From Deltaproteobacteria bacterium (GTDB lineage Bacteria > Myxococcota_A > Polyangia > Fen-1088), in NCBI GenBank assembly GCA_033763315.1, contig JANRKS010000008.1, forward strand, positions 96,001 through 160,000: a DNA stretch of 64,000 nt, given 5' to 3'. Position 1 is the first letter of the stretch; each line of letters begins with the position of its first letter. A model generated the notes under the pieces. The model was not told the origin of the DNA. It made no database searches and was given only the letters and a program-made list of their open reading frames with translations. Both the position numbers and the translations under genes were made by a program. Shown here one piece after another: positions 59,452 through 64,000 of this stretch.

Positions 59452-60360
59452 ATGCCAAGCAAATCCAGCCACACCGATGTGCCCTTCTTGGGGTTTGGCC
59501 TAGGTCTGCGAACGCCACACTACAGTGAGATCGAAGAGGGTCCCGTCGGCGTCGATTGGTTCGAGGCCATCAGCGAAAACTTCATGCGCCCGGGTGGCAA
59601 CCCACGGCGCGTGCTGCGTGCCATCCGTGAACGCTTCCCCGTCGTACTGCACGGTGTGTCCTTGTCCATCGGTGCGGTTGATCCTTTGAACGAGGAGTAC
59701 CTCAACACGTTGGCGGCGCTGGTCAAAGACGTGGAGCCCACACTGGTATCGGATCACTTGTGCTGGAGCGGCAACCAAGGCTTGTACGCGCATGATCTGC
59801 TGCCGCTGCCTTACACCGAAGAAGCCCTGGAGCATGTGGCAAAACGCATCTTGCAAGTGCAGGACAAGCTCAAGCGCCGCTTGGTGATCGAAAACGTTTC
59901 CAGTTACATGGCGTTTGCGCAATCCACCATGACCGAATGGGAGTTTCTGACCGAGGTGTGCCGCAAAGCTGATTGCTTGCTACTGCTCGACGTGAACAAC
60001 ATCTTCGTCAGCGCCCACAATCACAAGTTTGATGGCTTGGCGTTCATCAATGGCGTGCCCGCTGATCGCGTGGCGCAGATCCATGTGGCCGGGCACCGCA
60101 AGCGCGGCGAACTGCTGCTGGACACGCATGATCACGCTGTGCCCGAAGGGGTGTGGGCTTTATACGAAGCCGCCATCCGGCGCTGTGGCCCCGTATCCAC
60201 TCTGGTGGAGTGGGACGCCGAGATACCTCCTTTGGCCGACGTGATCGCACAAGCGGATCGCGCACGCAGCATCGCCCTACGCGTGCATGGGCCGTTGCAA
60301 GTGCCTCATGGGGAACGTCACACAGTGGCTCCCGCACGCAAAGGGGCGCAACGTGGCTAA
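59452..60360 (+). CDS. Multinuclear non-heme iron oxidase (MNIO, DUF692; BufB/HvfB-like)
   Basis: Motifs GLGLRTPHY, WFEAISENFM, LHGVSLSIG, VSDHLCW, DLLPLPYTEE, IENVSSY, LLLDVNN, QIHVAGH, LDTHD and TLVEWD. The start is one of ATG 59443, 59446 or 59452. Confidence 0.95.
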   Translation: MPSKSSHTDVPFLGFGLGLRTPHYSEIEEGPVGVDWFEAISENFMRPGGNPRRVLRAIRERFPVVLHGVSLSIGAVDPLNEEYLNTLAALVKDVEPTLVSDHLCWSGNQGLYAHDLLPLPYTEEALEHVAKRILQVQDKLKRRLVIENVSSYMAFAQSTMTEWEFLTEVCRKADCLLLLDVNNIFVSAHNHKFDGLAFINGVPADRVAQIHVAGHRKRGELLLDTHDHAVPEGVWALYEAAIRRCGPVSTLVEWDAEIPPLADVIAQADRARSIALRVHGPLQVPHGERHTVAPARKGAQRG

Positions 60361-61168
60361 AGCGCCGCATTTGCCGCTGGCCGCGTTGCAAGAGCGGCTG
60401 TTTAACTTGATCACCGCTCGCGACAACGTCGATGAGACATTGGCCGCACAAGGCCTGCCCCAAAGCCACGTCACCGATCACATATTGGGCGACGATCGCC
60501 TTGATGGCGTTGGCCGCCTCAACATCTACAACAACATGTACTTCTTCCGGTTGTTGGAAGACGTATTGCAAGCGGATTACCCAACGGTGGCCGCGGTGCT
60601 GGGAGAAGAAGGTTTTCGTTCATTGGTGGCCGATTATCTGCAAGCCTGCCCTTCCATCAAACCTTCCGCACGGTATGCCAGTGAACGGTTGCCCTTGTTT
60701 TTGTCGACGTGGGGCACCCCAACGCCTGTGTGGTTGCCATCGCTTGCGGCTTTGGAATGGGCGCGCGTGGACGTTTTCGATGACGCGGATGACGAGAAAC
60801 TGACGCTGCAGCAAGCGCAAGCCACAAGCGATCTGCCTTCGTTGCGGTTGATCCTCGTTACCGCTCACCGCACAGTGAGCTCGTCACACTTGATAGCCGA
60901 CGTATGGCGGGCCGTGGAACACGAAGAAGCTCCGCCTGAGCCCGCCGCGGAGGCTTGCACGTTGCTGGTGTGGCGCGAAGACGCCATGGTTTACCACCGC
61001 CCGCTTTCGGCGGATGAAACGGCCTTCTGGCCGAAGCTGCAAAGCGGCCTTTGCTTTGGTGACCTTTGCGAACACTTGGGCCAAAAGTATTCTGACGCAG
61101 AGGCGGCCGCCACAGCGGTGCAGCTTTTGACAGCTTGGCTAAATGATGGGCTTCTGGCGGCGCGCTAA
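60353..61168 (+). CDS. DUF2063-family MNIO partner protein (BufC/HvfC-like)
   Basis: The GTG overlaps the MNIO stop. Motifs LAALQERLF, RLNIYNNMYFFRL, DYPTV, LAALEWA and LLVWRED. Confidence 0.87.
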   Translation: MAKAPHLPLAALQERLFNLITARDNVDETLAAQGLPQSHVTDHILGDDRLDGVGRLNIYNNMYFFRLLEDVLQADYPTVAAVLGEEGFRSLVADYLQACPSIKPSARYASERLPLFLSTWGTPTPVWLPSLAALEWARVDVFDDADDEKLTLQQAQATSDLPSLRLILVTAHRTVSSSHLIADVWRAVEHEEAPPEPAAEACTLLVWREDAMVYHRPLSADETAFWPKLQSGLCFGDLCEHLGQKYSDAEAAATAVQLLTAWLNDGLLAAR

Positions 61169-61809
61169 CGCCGTTGCCCCACCCACACAGATTCGTGAAA
61201 GCGCGTGCCGCCGCGTTGTTTGAAGCGCTCGTTGTCGCCTAAGGCGTCCACGCGTTCGATCAAAGCCACGTCGAACGCATCGCCATAAAGCGCCTGTACG
61301 ACGTCAGGCTCCACCGAGAAGGGCGGACCGGAAGGCAAATCATGCTCGAAGGTCACCAACAAAAGCTTCGTGCCTGGGTGGCTTAACGCGGCCAAGCGGC
61401 GCGCGTACCCCTCGCGCAGGGTTTCGGGCAAAGCCACAACCGCCGCGCGATCGTAGATGGCGTCCACGGGCCCCACAAGCTCGGACGTGACGGCCAACAT
61501 ATCTGCGACCCAAATCATCACATTCAAGTGGTGGTAACCGACCCAGCCGTGTCGTTCGACGCGCGCCGGAATCACGCCCGCTTCAGCGAAATAAGCTTGG
61601 GCGGCGTCTTCCACAAACTCGACGCCCACAACCGAAAAACCACGTGCGGCGAGGAAGGTCATGTCGAGCGTCTTGCCACACAAGGGCACCAACACCGTTC
61701 CCTTGTCGCCCAATGATTCGACGTGCGCCGCCAAGCGGGGGTTCACGTCAGCCAGATGAAAGGCCGTCTGCCCCGCAGCCCAACGCTCTTCCCAAAACGA
61801 TTTTTCCAT
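61165..61809 (-). CDS. tpm: Thiopurine S-methyltransferase family protein
   Basis: ATG 61809. Motifs FWEERW, VLVPLCGKTLDM, GFSVVGVE, IYDRAAVVALP and GPPFSV. Confidence 0.9.
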   Translation of the reverse strand: MEKSFWEERWAAGQTAFHLADVNPRLAAHVESLGDKGTVLVPLCGKTLDMTFLAARGFSVVGVEFVEDAAQAYFAEAGVIPARVERHGWVGYHHLNVMIWVADMLAVTSELVGPVDAIYDRAAVVALPETLREGYARRLAALSHPGTKLLLVTFEHDLPSGPPFSVEPDVVQALYGDAFDVALIERVDALGDNERFKQRGGTRFHESVWVGQRR

Positions 61810-61814
61810 AGACG

Positions 61815-62978
61815 TTAAACGGCAGCCGCTGCCGCACGGTCCCGGCTTGAAAGACGACGTTCGTTGATCACCACCGCGATGAACGCCGGGTACGTGCCAA
61901 GCGCAAAGGCAAAGAATGCGACCAGTGGCATCTGCAACGCTGTCAGCGTCGCAATGATCAGGATGAACGTATCGCGGCGGGTGGCTTCGCGTGCGGCTTT
62001 GAGCAGTTTGCCCAATGGCCCATCGGTGCTTGCTTTGCCCGTGACCGTGTCGGGGATCGCCATCAAATCCCCGATGCCCATGCGAATCATGCGCCGGTAA
62101 AGCAGGAACGACATCGCCACCTGCACGGCCAAGGTCAACGCACCAAACGCCATCAGGTCCGATCGCCCCAACACCACCGCTTGCCCATAAGCCAAGCCAA
62201 AACAAAACGCGTAATTGGTGACGTCATCACCCACGGTGTCGAGCCACTGCCCCCGATCAGAGAACGTATAGGTCAAACGGGCGATCTCACCATCGCAGCC
62301 ATCCAAGACCGACTGCACCTGGAACAGCAAACCAGCCAGGGCCAACATCCACCAGGGTTGGCCCTGCCCCACCATGAAAGCGGCAACCAACCCAAGACAA
62401 CCGATGCTGATCGTCACCATGTTGGGCGTGATGCCGGTGCGCACGAGCAAGCTGGAGCAAAACAGAGACATATAACGGTTGAGGTTTCGCGAGATGAAGC
62501 CATCAATGGGCTTGCGCAACGACAGCAACAACGATCGGTGCGCCCGCGCCGCCGACGCACGATCCACCACGCGCAAGGCAAAGCCACGCCCCGATTCCGC
62601 GACGCCCTGGCCAAGCTTCAGCAAAGCGCCGTCTAGATCACCAACGAAGGCGTCGAGGTCTGACGCCGGCACGCGCGCCAATGGCAAACCGCTCGGCAAC
62701 GCATCCGCTGTGATCATCTGGCGATCAAAAACGGCGTCGCTCGTGGTCACAAGCACGGTGCCTTCACGTGGCACCGCGGCCAAAGCCACCTCTCCCACCG
62801 CGGCGCGCTTTGAGGTCGGTCGCGTGCCGGGGCCCACGAACGCCACTTGCTTCACGCCGGAAAACGAAAGCGCCAGCAAGACACGTTCGCCCAACGTCAG
62901 GCCCAGCAACTTCCGCTTCGCACCATCACCCGCGGGGCAAATCACAATGGCTGTATGCGGAGGCGTGGTCGTTGTCAT
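61815..62978 (-). CDS. CDP-alcohol phosphatidyltransferase with N-terminal soluble domain
   Basis: Motifs DGFISRNLNR, ITPNMVT and DGCDGEIARL...GQWLDTVGD. Confidence 0.87.
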   Translation of the reverse strand: MTTTTPPHTAIVICPAGDGAKRKLLGLTLGERVLLALSFSGVKQVAFVGPGTRPTSKRAAVGEVALAAVPREGTVLVTTSDAVFDRQMITADALPSGLPLARVPASDLDAFVGDLDGALLKLGQGVAESGRGFALRVVDRASAARAHRSLLLSLRKPIDGFISRNLNRYMSLFCSSLLVRTGITPNMVTISIGCLGLVAAFMVGQGQPWWMLALAGLLFQVQSVLDGCDGEIARLTYTFSDRGQWLDTVGDDVTNYAFCFGLAYGQAVVLGRSDLMAFGALTLAVQVAMSFLLYRRMIRMGIGDLMAIPDTVTGKASTDGPLGKLLKAAREATRRDTFILIIATLTALQMPLVAFFAFALGTYPAFIAVVINERRLSSRDRAAAAAV

Positions 62979-63179
62979 GGTGGTCTTCTGCACTAGGCTG
63001 CGAACGGTGTCACACCTAGAAGGCGCGTGCAACCTAGGGTGCGGCCGGGGCCCACACGCAGGCTGCGCAGCGCAGCACCTAACCCGACAAAACCAAGCGC
63101 GGCGCTGTAAAACCTTGTGATTTGAAGGGTGCTTCGGCGCGCTTGGCGTTGCTGCGCTTGGGCGCCTGGCCGATACTCG

Positions 63180-64000
63180 ATGGCTATGCCCCTCAAGCAG
63201 TTCAAGGGTCTATGTGTGGCCGCGGCCCTATGCGCCACCTTTTCGCCCGCCGTCGCATCGGCCAGCCTCTTATGGAAGGGCGATTTTGAGACGGGCAACT
63301 TGTCGCAATGGAGCTTCAAATTCTCTGAGAAGCAACTGCGAACCGTGGCCACGCCCGTGCGTGAGGGCAAGTTCGCGCTTGAGGCTACGGCGGTGGCCAC
63401 GGGCGATCGTGTGGAGGTGCAAAATGGCATGGCACAGGCCAGCGATGGCACTGACCGTTATTACGCTTGGAGCGTGATGACCCCGAAGGCGTTGGGCCCC
63501 AACGATCACCAAACGGGGTATTTCGAGACGAAGAACAGTTACAAGCAGATCATGGCCTTCGTGATCAAGGGCACCGACATTTCACTGGACACGCGCGCGC
63601 CAAACTCGCAGCGCCGCTGGACAGGCAAGGGCAAGTTCACGGTGGGCGTGTGGCACGATTTCGTTTTCCACGTCAAATGGTCTCGCGACGCGGCCACGGG
63701 ATTGATCGAATTGTGGTTCGACGGACAAAAGGTGCTGGGCCCCGTATCCCTGCCCACGCTGTGGGACGCCAACGATGCGTTCTTTCAGATTGGATTTCTG
63801 TCTGGCACCGCTGGCGAGGTGATCTACATCGATGAAGCCAAAGTGGCCACGGCCTTGGAAGACGTGCTGCAAATGGCACCGCCTCCCCCGGACGCGGGCG
63901 TGCCGGTGGGTGGCGCTGGGGGCGGCGGCGGCGGCGGCCAAGGTGGCCAAGGTGCCATGGCGGCGGGCGGCGCGGGCGGCGCGAAAGTGGGCGGCGCGGG
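63180..64000 (+). CDS. Secreted polysaccharide-lyase-like (heparin lyase I-like jelly-roll) protein, partial
   Basis: Absent from the ORF track because it has no stop. Manual translation gives a signal peptide, LLWKGDFETGNLSQW, PVREGKFAL, RYYAWSV, GVWHDFVFHVKWS...GLIELWFDG and VIYIDE, then a Pro/Gly-rich linker to the window end. Confidence 0.75.
   Translation, partial: MAMPLKQFKGLCVAAALCATFSPAVASASLLWKGDFETGNLSQWSFKFSEKQLRTVATPVREGKFALEATAVATGDRVEVQNGMAQASDGTDRYYAWSVMTPKALGPNDHQTGYFETKNSYKQIMAFVIKGTDISLDTRAPNSQRRWTGKGKFTVGVWHDFVFHVKWSRDAATGLIELWFDGQKVLGPVSLPTLWDANDAFFQIGFLSGTAGEVIYIDEAKVATALEDVLQMAPPPPDAGVPVGGAGGGGGGGQGGQGAMAAGGAGGAKVGGA

Noticed and set aside
58968-59518. Antisense repeat ORFs (LPLQPS, AVFAFA and RLCPCS repeats)
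   Set aside because: These are reverse-strand shadows of the CKGKDG array, with no RBS or context support.
61810-62205. N-terminal extension of the TPMT ORF
   Set aside because: It overlaps the CDP-alcohol transferase in another frame. Homology begins at ATG 61809.
63908-64000. GGC microsatellite as a contingency locus
   Set aside because: It is an in-frame poly-Gly linker, so triplet slippage would not switch phase.

Overview
Gene-dense, GC-rich bacterial chromosome segment whose gene repertoire (Ser/Thr kinase-WD40, FecR/IPT lipoproteins, Gly-rich linkers) suggests Myxococcota; the taxon is an inference. It carries about 54 CDS, including housekeeping genes (acs partial, acyP, rlmB, pyrF, proS, ctaA, recC-recB-recD), a TatT-containing TRAP transporter, a MacAB-like ABC exporter and several two-component systems. 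I saw no rRNA, tRNA, CRISPR array or IS element. The best candidate for a new system is a compact MNIO (DUF692) RiPP locus at about 58970-61168. It consists of an ECF-sigma-type promoter, a secreted 108-aa precursor built from eight CKGKDG hexapeptides nested in three approximately 27-aa units, an internal terminator-like hairpin, the DUF692 enzyme and its DUF2063 partner. It is related to the bufferin/oxazolin metal-binding peptides but has a distinct repeat core and no adjacent DoxX or sigma/anti-sigma genes. Other notable modules are a SiaABCD-like partner switch (PP2C, anti-sigma-type kinase, STAS, diguanylate cyclase), a DUF2760 (GrpE-like) plus twin atypical Hsp70 operon, an IPT-lipoprotein/HK/FecR/beta-barrel envelope operon, a putative Sm-fold protein and a signal peptidase I relic. 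All family assignments come from motif recognition by eye, not from database searches.
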